This document shows, one piece after another, positions 40,378-50,472 of a DNA stretch of 62,712 bases. A program made the position numbers and the translations under genes. The stretch is from the sequence record DRR723986_1430, one strand, 5' to 3'. Under the pieces are notes generated by a model that was given only the letters and a program-made list of their open reading frames with translations, did no database searches and was not told the origin of the DNA. Numbering within the stretch: the stretch's first letter is position 1; each line of letters opens with the position of its first letter.

Positions 40378-40962
40378 ATGGACGTTGATATTGACATTGA
40401 TGAGTTGATGGAGGACTTCCCCAGCTTAAAAAGTGTTGCGCCGTTTGTTGCTATGGCAGCAGATGTGCGTTGGTTTCGTGCGCTGGGTGAAATGCCTGAT
40501 AGTGAAAGCAGGCGCTTGGCGCGAGATTATGCCGATACGCTGGGCTTTCCAGAGGCTGACCCCGCCTTTGTGCCGGACTGGGAAGACGCCGCTGCTGCCG
40601 CTGAAAACACTGAATTTAATAGCCCGGCCTGGGAAGCTGAAGAGCAACTGCGCGCCGCGCTGACGGACGAAGTGCTGCTGGCGCTTGATGCTGATACGCT
40701 GGATATGGTGATGACTCATGTGGCGCAGTCGATCACCGAAACCATTGAAGAGGCCGCCAAAGAGGCAGCAGAGTTTTTGCGCATTGATGATGAGAACTTT
40801 GTGCGCGCTATCTCGGGGGCGGCGGCACAGGCTTGCTACCAGGCCGCGCTTGTGGGCATGGCAGGTAGCGAGGAAGACCACCCGTTTGTTTACCGGTTTC
40901 AGTTGTTTGAAAAAGGTCATTGGCCCATCGGCATTATTGGCAATAGCTTTTTGATTTTTTAA
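40378..40962 (+). CDS. Acidic hypothetical protein, 194 aa
   Basis: Long ORF with coding-like codon usage, D/E/A-rich; no family recognised. Confidence 0.7.
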   Translation: MDVDIDIDELMEDFPSLKSVAPFVAMAADVRWFRALGEMPDSESRRLARDYADTLGFPEADPAFVPDWEDAAAAAENTEFNSPAWEAEEQLRAALTDEVLLALDADTLDMVMTHVAQSITETIEEAAKEAAEFLRIDDENFVRAISGAAAQACYQAALVGMAGSEEDHPFVYRFQLFEKGHWPIGIIGNSFLIF

Positions 40963-41004
40963 CCAATTTCATGCGCTGTTGATTGCTGCGCTCAGGGGGA
41001 ATTT

Positions 41005-41787
41005 ATGCGCATTATAACTTGGAACATCAACTCGGTGCGGGCGCGCATCGACATTGTTAAACAGTTGGTGGAAACTTACGACCCTGATGTTTTGTGCCTG
41101 CAGGAAACCAAAGTGCAGGACCATATGTTCCCAACGGGGTTTTTTGAAGAAATAGGTTTGCCCCATTTGGCGCTTCACGGCCAAAAAAGTTATCACGGCG
41201 TAGCAACAGCAGCCAAAGCACCATTTGCAGAGAGTTTTAAAATTGATTGGTGCCAAAAGGGCGACGCCCGTCATATTGCCATTAAGCTTAATAACGGCGT
41301 GACAGTGCATAATTTTTATGTACCCGCCGGCGGTGATGAAGCTAACCCTGAAACCAATGACAAGTTTGCCCATAAGTTGCAGTTTATGGATGAAATGACC
41401 AAATGGTCTGCAGAGCTAAACGAGCCAAGCGTGTTGGTGGGCGACCTGAACGTCGCGCCGCACCCGGACGATGTATGGGACCACAAGAAACTTTTAAAGG
41501 TGGTGTCTCACACGCCTGTCGAGACCGACGGTATGTTGAAAATGATTGATGCGCATGGCTGGGTTGATGTGATGCGCGAAGTAATCCCGCTACCAGAAAA
41601 ACTGTTCAGCTGGTGGTCGTACCGCGCGAAAGACTGGTCCGCCGCCGACAAAGGCCGAAGGCTTGATCATGTGTGGGTTAGCCCGTCACTGAAAGATGCG
41701 CCAACCCACATGGAAGTGGCGCGTGAGGCGCGCGGCTGGGTAAAACCCTCAGACCACGCACCGGTTATTGTTGATTTTGATTTCTAG
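41005..41787 (+). CDS. xth: Exodeoxyribonuclease III
   Basis: TWNINSVRAR, LQETK, GDLNVAP, FSWWSYR, RLDH and SDHAPV. Confidence 0.95.
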   Translation: MRIITWNINSVRARIDIVKQLVETYDPDVLCLQETKVQDHMFPTGFFEEIGLPHLALHGQKSYHGVATAAKAPFAESFKIDWCQKGDARHIAIKLNNGVTVHNFYVPAGGDEANPETNDKFAHKLQFMDEMTKWSAELNEPSVLVGDLNVAPHPDDVWDHKKLLKVVSHTPVETDGMLKMIDAHGWVDVMREVIPLPEKLFSWWSYRAKDWSAADKGRRLDHVWVSPSLKDAPTHMEVAREARGWVKPSDHAPVIVDFDF

Positions 41788-41799
41788 CGTCGGCGTATA

Positions 41800-42495
41800 T
41801 TAACCACCAAGGCCCTGCAGGCTATAGCCGCCAGGCTCGGTCACCAGAATGCGCGACGCACCTGTTTCCACTTCAATTTTCTGGCGCAGGCGGTACACAT
41901 GGGTTTCCAGCGTGTGGGTGGTAACGCCCGAGTTATACCCCCAAACTTCTGTTAGCAGTTCTTCGCGACCAACAGCTTTTCCGCCAGCACGGTAAAGATA
42001 CTTCAGAATGTTGGTTTCTTTCTCGGTCAAGCGTACCTTCTGGCCAGACGTGCGGTCTTCCAGAATTTTTGCAGACGGCTGAAACAAATAGGGCCCCACA
42101 TCAAAGGTGGCGTCTTCGCTTTGCTCATATTGGCGGAAATGGGCGCGAATGCGGGCCAGCAACACCGTAAAGCTGAAGGGTTTGGTAACATAGTCATTAG
42201 CGCCAGCATCCAGGCCCAACACAGTGTCAGCCTCGGTCACATTGCCGGTCAGCATAAGGATAGGCACCGTAATACCGTTTTTGCGGATGCGTTTGCATAG
42301 CTCACGGCCGTCCATGTCAGGCAGGCCTACATCAAGGATGATCATATCAACCTGATTGTCAGCAAGAAATGTCAGGGCATCACCGGCGGTGCCGCGCTCT
42401 TCTGTAGAAAACTCTTCATATAGCGCCAGCTGGTCTGCAAGGCCTTCGCGCAGATCCACATCATCATCCACTAGCAATAATTTTCTACCTGACAT
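41800..42495 (-). CDS. cenR: OmpR-family response regulator, probable CenR
   Basis: LADQLALYEEF, LPDMDGRE, EQSEDATF, RLTEKETNILKYLYRAG and VTTHTLETHVYRLRQKIE match the alphaproteobacterial CenR pattern. Orphan gene in an xth/ribA/L,D-transpeptidase/yggS context. Confidence 0.82.
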   Translation of the reverse strand: MSGRKLLLVDDDVDLREGLADQLALYEEFSTEERGTAGDALTFLADNQVDMIILDVGLPDMDGRELCKRIRKNGITVPILMLTGNVTEADTVLGLDAGANDYVTKPFSFTVLLARIRAHFRQYEQSEDATFDVGPYLFQPSAKILEDRTSGQKVRLTEKETNILKYLYRAGGKAVGREELLTEVWGYNSGVTTHTLETHVYRLRQKIEVETGASRILVTEPGGYSLQGLGG

Positions 42496-42708
42496 TTTCA
42501 AATCCTCGTATGCAATAAATTAAAAAATAGCACCATATCACTCAAAAACTTGCCGCCCATTTTGGTTTGCGACTATGCGGTCTATATAATGATCAACGAT
42601 GATATATCTTATCACGGCCTGTCACAATTGTTTGATTGAAACGAGAGGCTGTGACAAAACAACACCTTGGCTTGTATACGACCACTAGTATTTGGCGGAC
42701 CGAACCGA

Positions 42709-43800
42709 ATGGAAAACAACACCAACCTACAAGCGCTTGAGCGCGCCGCCTCTGACCTTCGTCGGGGACAGTCGGTTGTTGTCACCCATGAGGACGCTGC
42801 CTTACTAGTCATGGCGCTGGAACAAGCGGACCAAGCCACGCTTTCGGCTTTTGATGCTGTGGCGGCAGATAGTTTTCTTTTGTTGACCAACAGCCGCGCG
42901 GCTGCCCTGAAGGTTGCGGGCAAAGGTTGGTCTGTTGTGCGCCTCGCCCGGCCCAAGTGGTTTGACGCTGCCGATATGGTTGCGGTGGCGGACCCAACGC
43001 TTGATTTGGCAACGCCGCTCAAAGGCCCTTTTACCCGGCTTGACCATGCGGAAACACTGTTGGACCGGGCTGCAGTAAAGCTTGCGAAATGGGCTCATTT
43101 GCTGCCGGCTGTTCTGGCGGCACCCATTGATGCAACAAGCCTTGCACGTCAGCAAACCGCCAATTTAATCGTTTCTGCTGACGTAGTGAATAGTGCTGAT
43201 TTTGCACAAGCTGCAGCCCTTGAAAAGGTTGCGTCTGCGCGCGTGCCGCTTGAAGGTGCTGAAAACACTCGGCTTATTGCTTTCAGGCCCTCTGTCGGCG
43301 GCGTTGAGCATATCGCCATACAAATTGGTGACCCGTCGCGCGGAAAACCCGTGTTGGTGCGGGTGCACAGCGAATGTTTCACCGGTGACCTTTTAGGCTC
43401 CCTGAAGTGTGATTGCGGCGAGCAGCTGAGAGGCTCAATACAAGCCATCAGTGAAGCTGGTGGCGGGTTGGTGCTTTATATGGCGCAGGAAGGTCGCGGC
43501 ATTGGTTTGGTGTCCAAACTGAAAGCTTATGCACTGCAAGACCAAGGTTATGACACCGTTGACGCTAATACGCGGCTTGGCTTTGAGGTGGACGAACGGG
43601 TGTTTGCTCCAGCCGCTGAGATGCTCAAAAAATTGGGCTTTAGTTCTGTGCGCCTCATGACCAACAATCCATTGAAGGTCGAAGGGCTGCAGTCATTCGG
43701 TATTGAGGTGACGGAACGGGTAGAACATAGTTTTCCGGCAAACCCGCACAATGAGCGTTATCTGGCAACCAAGAAAAGCCGCACCGGCCATTTGCTGTAA
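42709..43800 (+). CDS. ribA: GTP cyclohydrolase II with a degenerate RibB-like N-terminal domain
   Basis: RVHSECFTGDLLGSLKCDCG, QEGRGIGL, QDQGYDTVDAN and LMTNNP. Confidence 0.93.
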   Translation: MENNTNLQALERAASDLRRGQSVVVTHEDAALLVMALEQADQATLSAFDAVAADSFLLLTNSRAAALKVAGKGWSVVRLARPKWFDAADMVAVADPTLDLATPLKGPFTRLDHAETLLDRAAVKLAKWAHLLPAVLAAPIDATSLARQQTANLIVSADVVNSADFAQAAALEKVASARVPLEGAENTRLIAFRPSVGGVEHIAIQIGDPSRGKPVLVRVHSECFTGDLLGSLKCDCGEQLRGSIQAISEAGGGLVLYMAQEGRGIGLVSKLKAYALQDQGYDTVDANTRLGFEVDERVFAPAAEMLKKLGFSSVRLMTNNPLKVEGLQSFGIEVTERVEHSFPANPHNERYLATKKSRTGHLL

Positions 43801-43802
43801 CC

Positions 43803-44324
43803 ATGCAGGTGTGGCGGGTAATCCAAGACACGCAAGCGCCCTGTCGAGGGCGGCTGGTTGGGCCGTCGCTGGATGAGCCGTGCTCGCTTGGGCGAACAGG
43901 GTTAATTGCTGCGGCGGAAAAACGTGAAGGTGACGGTAAAACCCCAGCGGGCGCTTATCCCTTTCGCCGGGTTTTTTACCGCGCTGATAAAATGGTTACC
44001 CCCGGCACTATATTGAAGGCGACACCAATTTCTAAAGCCCTTGGCTGGTGCGATGATCCTGTGCACAAACAGTATAACCAGCTAGTTAATCTGCCGTTTG
44101 CCGCAAGCCATGAGACGCTTTGGCGCGACGACACTCTTTATGATGTAGTGCTAGTGATCGGTCATAATGATGAGCCGGTGGTACCAGGCTTAGGGAGTGC
44201 GGTTTTTGTTCATGTGGCCAAGGAAGGCTTTTTGCCGACCGAAGGTTGCGTTGCCCTTGAAAAGTCGGCGCTTTTAACCTTACTCGCCATGATTGAGCCT
44301 GGGGACCAGTTGCAGGTTGGTTAG
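43803..44324 (+). CDS. L,D-transpeptidase (YkuD-like) family protein
   Basis: KREGDGKTPAG, WCDDP and GSAVFVH...TEGCVAL. Confidence 0.88.
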   Translation: MQVWRVIQDTQAPCRGRLVGPSLDEPCSLGRTGLIAAAEKREGDGKTPAGAYPFRRVFYRADKMVTPGTILKATPISKALGWCDDPVHKQYNQLVNLPFAASHETLWRDDTLYDVVLVIGHNDEPVVPGLGSAVFVHVAKEGFLPTEGCVALEKSALLTLLAMIEPGDQLQVG

Positions 44325-44992
44325 CGATAATCTCTTTCGCCGAAGATGGCTGTGCCTACGCGAATGTCGGTTGCGCCCATGGCTGCGGCCAGCGCATAGT
44401 CACCGCTCATACCCATAGATAGCCTTTTAAGGCCATATTGTTTTGCCAGTTTTTTTAGCAAGGCAAAATGCAAGGACGGATCATCACCTGCGGGCGGTAT
44501 GCACATAAGGCCGCTAACTTCGAGTCCTAATGTTGAGCAAGCCTGCAGTAAGGCCTCAAGGTCACGAACCAAAACCCCGCCCTTTTGTTCCTCTGCGCCA
44601 GTGTTTACCTGAAGGTAAATCGGCATGTGTTTGTCTTGGGCTGTCATCTCTTTAGCCAAGGCTTTGGCCAGCTTAATGCGATCTACAGATTGAATTTCAT
44701 CAAATAATTCGACCGCTTTGGCCGCTTTGTTGGTTTGTAGGCTGCCGATAAGGTGAAGCTTAACATCCGGGTATGCCAGTTTCAGCTCAGTCCAGCGGCT
44801 TTCCGCCTCCTGCACGCGGTTTTCGCCGAAGTCTTTGTGACCAGCTTCAAGGGCTGCAACCACCCGTTCTTTTGGTTGCACCTTCGACACTGCAAGTAAA
44901 CGGGGTTTTGCCGCTTGAACGCCAGCATGGTCGCACATGCGGGCAATCTCAGAATGGACGGTGTTAATATTGTCGGCAATAGTTTGGTGCAT
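44321..44992 (-). CDS. yggS: PLP homeostasis protein YggS
   Basis: LAVSK, FGENRVQE, HLIGSLQTNK, LSMGMSGDY and RVGTAIFG. Confidence 0.95.
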   Translation of the reverse strand: MHQTIADNINTVHSEIARMCDHAGVQAAKPRLLAVSKVQPKERVVAALEAGHKDFGENRVQEAESRWTELKLAYPDVKLHLIGSLQTNKAAKAVELFDEIQSVDRIKLAKALAKEMTAQDKHMPIYLQVNTGAEEQKGGVLVRDLEALLQACSTLGLEVSGLMCIPPAGDDPSLHFALLKKLAKQYGLKRLSMGMSGDYALAAAMGATDIRVGTAIFGERDYR

Positions 44993-45055
44993 AGATATTT
45001 CCGTTTGAAGCTGATGGTGCTGGGTATGCCCCCTGCTATGTGATAGGAAAAGAGT

Positions 45056-45652
45056 ATGGTCAAGCAGCTTCAAAAAAATAGATCAAGATTATCTGCGCGG
45101 CAACTGATGACCGCGGCGGGGGTCGGTCAGTTAATTTTTATGACAGACAGCACGCGGGTCGCTGACCCATCAAAGGTGGTGCGGCGGCTTCCTCAAGGCT
45201 CCCTCGTTATTCTGCGCGATTATGACCACGAAGAGCGCGCAGCGCTTGCGATAAAACTTCGACGTGTATGTCGAACGACAAAATGCCAATTTCTGGTGGC
45301 CGGAGACATAGCATTGGCGCGTCGGGTGGGCGCTGACGGGGTTCATATGCCGGAGCATATGCTTGGTAGGAATCGAGGTGATTTAAAAGGGTTTCGTGTT
45401 GTAACGGCAGCATGCCACTCGCGGGAAACACTGCGCCGCGCTGAAACGTTGGCGGTTGATTACGCGTTGGTTTCACCGGTTTTTCTAACCGGAAGTCACC
45501 CAGACGCCGTACCTTTAGGCAGAAATGGTTTGCGGCGTTTGATAACCGGCGCACAGGTGCCCATTGCGGCCTTGGGCGGTATAAACCACACCACAGCGAA
45601 AAAGCTGCGCGGTTTAAACATTGCAGCGATTGCAGCAATTTCAGCGCTTTAA
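45056..45652 (+). CDS. Thiamine-phosphate synthase (ThiE/TenI-like) family protein
   Basis: GADGVH, ACHS, SPVFLTGSHP and ALGGI. Confidence 0.82.
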   Translation: MVKQLQKNRSRLSARQLMTAAGVGQLIFMTDSTRVADPSKVVRRLPQGSLVILRDYDHEERAALAIKLRRVCRTTKCQFLVAGDIALARRVGADGVHMPEHMLGRNRGDLKGFRVVTAACHSRETLRRAETLAVDYALVSPVFLTGSHPDAVPLGRNGLRRLITGAQVPIAALGGINHTTAKKLRGLNIAAIAAISAL

Positions 45653-45683
45653 CGTTCAGAAAAGTTTAAAAACCTTGGTTTTA

Positions 45684-46568
45684 TTAGAAGCGGAGACGAC
45701 CACCAAGGAAGATCATTTGCGAGCGATCACCATTTTTCTCAGACGTGGAGAAATAGTTGCTACCGTAGTCATAATAGCGCACACCACCGGTTAAGCCCAC
45801 TTTGTCAGACAAGCGGTAATTAGCACCAAGCTCATAGGAAATGATATTGCGGGCTTCATTTTCGATACCGTAAAGGTCAGTGCCTTCGGTATATTCGGTC
45901 ATGGCAATCCGCGCCGACCAGCTGTTTGCTTGATAGGAGAAGCCTGCTTCAAACCCTTCCAGGTTTTTTGCAAATAACCCGCTTTGTCTCATTAAAGAGG
46001 CGTCAATACCAAAGCCTGAATACCCAAGCGAAACCCCTGCGCGGTAATGTGTTTCAGCTTGGCCGGTGTCGGCAAAGCCCGATGTTGCAGACAGACCTTG
46101 CAGCGAGAGACGATATTGGCTTTCAAGCGCGATTTCAAAACCGCGGCTTGTTTGCTCGCCGGATTTGCTGCCACCGAAGCTTAAGCCAACGCGCGATGAC
46201 GCGCCGAAAAGGTCCTGCGTGTAGGTACCTCGCACCCCACCATTAGGAGCAAGAAGAGATGTAAAATCAGGACGCTCAGTCAAATCAGACGCAGTGTTTT
46301 GCAAAACCGGGCGCGAATCACTTAACGCCAGAAATCCCGTTTCTTTTTTCAGCTTGCCTTCGCCTAGGCTAAGGTCAAGGCCCTTAAGTTTTTCTGCGTT
46401 TGTGGTTTTAGCGCTTTCGCTTTGCTTTGAGATTTGCTGCGAAATAAAGGCGTCAAGGCTTTGAAGGAAGCCGCTGGATTCGAAACGCGGCTTATCATCA
46501 GCAGCAGACGCCACTGATACGCTTGCTATTGCAAGCACTGATAATCCGTATTTCATAAGCGATTTCAC
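45684..46568 (-). CDS. Outer-membrane beta-barrel / porin-like protein
   Basis: Signal peptide; alternating beta-strand patterns (YRAGVSLGYSGFGI, YELGANYRL); C-terminal FLGGRLRF beta-signal. Confidence 0.72.
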   Translation of the reverse strand: MKSLMKYGLSVLAIASVSVASAADDKPRFESSGFLQSLDAFISQQISKQSESAKTTNAEKLKGLDLSLGEGKLKKETGFLALSDSRPVLQNTASDLTERPDFTSLLAPNGGVRGTYTQDLFGASSRVGLSFGGSKSGEQTSRGFEIALESQYRLSLQGLSATSGFADTGQAETHYRAGVSLGYSGFGIDASLMRQSGLFAKNLEGFEAGFSYQANSWSARIAMTEYTEGTDLYGIENEARNIISYELGANYRLSDKVGLTGGVRYYDYGSNYFSTSEKNGDRSQMIFLGGRLRF

Positions 46569-46816
46569 TAGACGCTATTACCCAATTTAGTTTTGAGTTC
46601 GAATTTAACCTAACTATAAGGTATGGATAATTTATTAAAGATCGCAAGCCCTTCTGGCAATTTTGCGACCAATTGTGTCTCTGCCGCCACTATTTGAACG
46701 TTTTTCGGGCTGGTCAGCGCCTTGTTGGGTCGCTATAAGGCGCAATTGAATAAAAACCGATCAACTCGGTTCAGGCTTGAGACAAAAGTTTTATAAAAAG
46801 AGAGCGGGACACCCTC

Positions 46817-47257
46817 ATGATTCGATTTGCGCGTATAGCGATGACCATTACCCTCGGATTTATGTTAACCGGGTGCGGTGTCTTTGGGGGCATTTTCGGC
46901 AGTGATGATGACCCTGAGCTGGGGCCAATTACCACAGCGATTGGTGTTAATGGGTATTTGTGGAGCGCAACTCTAGACACGTTGGCGTTCATGCCAATTG
47001 ACAATGCCTACCCCAGCTCTGCAGCTATCATCACTGATTGGTATTCAACACCTGATGCCCCAGAAGAGCGGGTAAAGGTTGCGGTTTACTTTCGGTCTGA
47101 GCAGCTCCGGTCTGACGGTGTTAAGGTGAATGTTATTCGCCAACAACGCCAAGCTGATACGTGGCTTACTGTGCCAGTTCAAGCGGCGACAGCGCTTCAA
47201 ATTGAAGAGGCTATTCTATCACGTGCGCGTATCCTGAAAATTGCCGCTGATAATTAG
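46817..47257 (+). CDS. DUF3576 lipoprotein
   Basis: Lipobox LTGC; GVNGYLWSATLDTLAFMP, IITDWYS and ILSRAR; upstream of leuS. Confidence 0.85.
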   Translation: MIRFARIAMTITLGFMLTGCGVFGGIFGSDDDPELGPITTAIGVNGYLWSATLDTLAFMPIDNAYPSSAAIITDWYSTPDAPEERVKVAVYFRSEQLRSDGVKVNVIRQQRQADTWLTVPVQAATALQIEEAILSRARILKIAADN

Positions 47258-47364
47258 ACTCCAACAAACGATCGGCGTGATATCAGCATCTTTAGTTTTG
47301 AGGCGCGCGGAATTTTCTATCGCAAAATTATTCGTATGTAACCACTAGTAAGTAAGAGACCAGT

Positions 47365-49929
47365 ATGTCCCGTTACAACGCCAAAGCAACGGAAGCGAAA
47401 TGGCAAAAAACCTGGGAAACCGGTAAAACCTTTCAGACAGATAGCACATCAGACAAACAAAAATATTATGTGCTGGAAATGTTCCCCTACCCATCAGGCC
47501 GCATTCATGTGGGGCATGTGCGCAATTACACCATGGGTGATGTTGTTGCCCGGTATCGTCGGGCGAAGGGCTATGAGGTTTTGCACCCCATGGGGTGGGA
47601 TGCTTTTGGGATGCCAGCAGAAAATGCTGCAATGGAACGCAAGGTTCACCCTGCTGATTGGACCTATGACAATATTGCCAACATGCGCGAGCAACTCAAG
47701 CATGTGGGCTTAGCAATCGACTGGGACCGTGAAATAGCCACTTGTGACCCAGATTATTACGGCAAAGAACAACAAATATTCATCGACTTTTATAACGCTG
47801 GGCTCGTCTACCGCAAAGAAAGCTGGGTAAACTGGGACCCGGTTGACAATACGGTGCTTGCCAACGAACAGGTTATTGACGGCAAGGGCTGGCGATCTGG
47901 TGCCGAAGTTGAGCGACGTAAGTTGTCGCAGTGGTTTTTGAAAATTACCGACTTTGCCGACGAGCTGCTTGAAGGTTTGGACGGCTTGGATCGCTGGCCT
48001 GACAAAGTACGTTTGATGCAGGAAAACTGGATTGGTCGTTCTGAGGGGCTAAAGTTTGACTTTACCGTCGATCAAACCGGTGAAAAATTACCAGTTTACA
48101 CCACCCGGCCTGACACAATTTTTGGTGCCAGTTTTTGTGCCATATCCGCTGACCACCCGCTGGCAGCATCGCTTGCCAAAGACAATGCTGATCTTGCTGC
48201 TTTTTGTGAGGAATGCCGCGCAGGCGGAACCACCGAAGAAGCGATTGAAAAAGCAGAAAAACGCGGGTTCGACACCGGCTTGACCGTGGCGCATCCCTTT
48301 GACGCCAGCTGGAAACTGCCTGTTTATATCGCCAACTTTGTGCTTATGGACTACGGCACAGGCGCTATTTTTGCGTGTCCTGCGGGCGATCAGCGCGACC
48401 TGGACTTTGCTCGCAAATATGATTTACCGGTGTTGCCAATTGTGCTGCCCGAGGGTGAGGTGGCTGAAAGCTATGAAATTAAAGATGAGGCTTATACGGG
48501 CGTTGGTACCATGTATAACTCCCGCTTTTTGGACGGCATGGACATCCATGCTGCCAAAGCCGCTGTTATAGACCGGGCTGAATCTGAAGGTTGGGGTGAG
48601 CGTATGGTGAATTTTCGCCTGCGCGACTGGGGCGTTTCGCGCCAGCGGTACTGGGGTACACCCATCCCGTTTGTTCACTGTGATGACTGCGGTGTTGTGC
48701 CGGTTAAGTCTGCTGATTTGCCGATTAAACTGCCCGACGATGTGTCTTTTGACACGCCCGGTAACCCTCTGGAACATCACCCTACCTGGAAAAACACCAC
48801 CTGCCCGTCTTGCGATAAGCCCGCTCGGCGCGAAACAGATACAATGGACACGTTTGTCGATAGTAGCTGGTATTTCCTGCGCTTTTGCACCCCCAATGAT
48901 GATGAGCCGTTTGATAGCAAGATTGCTGATGAGTGGATGCCGGTGAACCAATATATCGGCGGTGTCGAGCATGCTATTTTACACTTGCTCTATGCCCGGT
49001 TTTTCACCCGCGCTCTCAAAAAGGTGGGGCGAACATCTGTGGAAGAACCGTTCGAGGGCTTGTTCACACAAGGCATGGTTAACCATGTAACGTACCAAGA
49101 CCCAAGCGGTGAATGGGTGTTCCCTGAAGATGTGCGAAGGCGCGATGACGGCACATTGATTACATCTAAAACTGGCGAGGTAGTTACCGAAGGCCGGGTT
49201 GAAAAAATGTCTAAGTCGAAGCGTAATGTGGTCGACCCGGATGATATCATTGACCAATACGGCGCAGACACAGCGCGCTGGTTTGTGCTGTCGGATAGCC
49301 CGCCAGAGAGGGACTTGCTCTGGACCGAATCTGGTATTGAAGGTGCGTGGCGTTTTGTTCAGCGCATATACCGCATGGTGGAAACGCCCGCGGCACCCTT
49401 CGCTGATGTTGGCGCAGCAATGCCCGAAGTTCTTTCCGACAGCGCAACGGCTCTCAGGAAAGCGACCCATAAAACCATTAAGGGTGTCACTTCGGACATT
49501 GAAAACCTGCATTTCAATAAGGCCGTTGCCCGCCTGTATGAATTTGCCAATGCCATTGGTTCAGCGCCTGAAGGGGCGGGTGCCGCAGAAGCCATGCGCG
49601 AAGCAACCGAAACACTTGTGTTAATGGTTGGTCCAATGATGCCGCATTTGGCCGAAGAAATGTGGGCCAAACTGGGCCATGATATTTTGGTGGCAAACAC
49701 CCCGTGGCCACAAGCCATTGAGGCGCTGACTGTCGATAGTACCGTCAAAATGGCGGTGCAGGTAAACGGCAAGGTGCGCGATACAATTGAAGTGGCCAAA
49801 GACCTTGGTAAAGCTGAGATTGAAGCCGTGGCACTTGCCCGGCCCAATATCATGAAATTTACCGACGGTAACACGGTTCGCAAAGTTATTGTTGTGCCGG
49901 GCCGCATAGTCAATATTGTAGCGAATTGA
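47365..49929 (+). CDS. leuS: Leucine--tRNA ligase
   Basis: [31 protein letters not shown] and KMSKS. Confidence 0.98.
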   Translation: MSRYNAKATEAKWQKTWETGKTFQTDSTSDKQKYYVLEMFPYPSGRIHVGHVRNYTMGDVVARYRRAKGYEVLHPMGWDAFGMPAENAAMERKVHPADWTYDNIANMREQLKHVGLAIDWDREIATCDPDYYGKEQQIFIDFYNAGLVYRKESWVNWDPVDNTVLANEQVIDGKGWRSGAEVERRKLSQWFLKITDFADELLEGLDGLDRWPDKVRLMQENWIGRSEGLKFDFTVDQTGEKLPVYTTRPDTIFGASFCAISADHPLAASLAKDNADLAAFCEECRAGGTTEEAIEKAEKRGFDTGLTVAHPFDASWKLPVYIANFVLMDYGTGAIFACPAGDQRDLDFARKYDLPVLPIVLPEGEVAESYEIKDEAYTGVGTMYNSRFLDGMDIHAAKAAVIDRAESEGWGERMVNFRLRDWGVSRQRYWGTPIPFVHCDDCGVVPVKSADLPIKLPDDVSFDTPGNPLEHHPTWKNTTCPSCDKPARRETDTMDTFVDSSWYFLRFCTPNDDEPFDSKIADEWMPVNQYIGGVEHAILHLLYARFFTRALKKVGRTSVEEPFEGLFTQGMVNHVTYQDPSGEWVFPEDVRRRDDGTLITSKTGEVVTEGRVEKMSKSKRNVVDPDDIIDQYGADTARWFVLSDSPPERDLLWTESGIEGAWRFVQRIYRMVETPAAPFADVGAAMPEVLSDSATALRKATHKTIKGVTSDIENLHFNKAVARLYEFANAIGSAPEGAGAAEAMREATETLVLMVGPMMPHLAEEMWAKLGHDILVANTPWPQAIEALTVDSTVKMAVQVNGKVRDTIEVAKDLGKAEIEAVALARPNIMKFTDGNTVRKVIVVPGRIVNIVAN

Positions 49930-50435
49930 TGCGACTAGTTGCCCTCATATCTTTGCTGTTGTTAACGGCTTGTGGTTTCCAACCTCTGTATGAGGCTGGT
50001 GGTTCGTCGTCTGCTATGCAGTCGTATCTTGCCAGTGTTGAAGTTGGCCCCATTGAAGACCGGCTGGGCCAGATCATGCGCAACCGATTGGTGTCACGGC
50101 TCAATGGTGCTGGTAATCCGGAATACCGTCTGGATGTTGGTTTGCAGCAAAATAGTGAAACCTTTGGGGTTCGCCCTGACACAGCAACCACACAAGAACA
50201 GCTTACGCTGGTTGCAGGGATGCGCCTTGTGTCGCTGAAAACCGGCGACCCCGTGCTAGAGGAAAGCTTTCGTGCGCGAACATCTTTTGATTTGGTGTTG
50301 TCAGACTTCGCTACGGTTTCGCAGCGCCAGGATGCAGCAAACCGCTTGGTGCTTGACCTTGCTGAGCGTATTCATAGACGATTGGCGTTGCATTTTGCTC
50401 AAGAAGCAGGGGCTGATAACCTTGATGCCCAATAA
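49929..50435 (+). CDS. lptE: LPS assembly lipoprotein LptE
   Basis: LLTACGFQPLY lipobox; lies between leuS and holA. Confidence 0.88.
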   Translation: MRLVALISLLLLTACGFQPLYEAGGSSSAMQSYLASVEVGPIEDRLGQIMRNRLVSRLNGAGNPEYRLDVGLQQNSETFGVRPDTATTQEQLTLVAGMRLVSLKTGDPVLEESFRARTSFDLVLSDFATVSQRQDAANRLVLDLAERIHRRLALHFAQEAGADNLDAQ

Positions 50436-50472
50436 CGTTAACGCCTTATAATTCAGCTGCGAAAGGCCCCCT

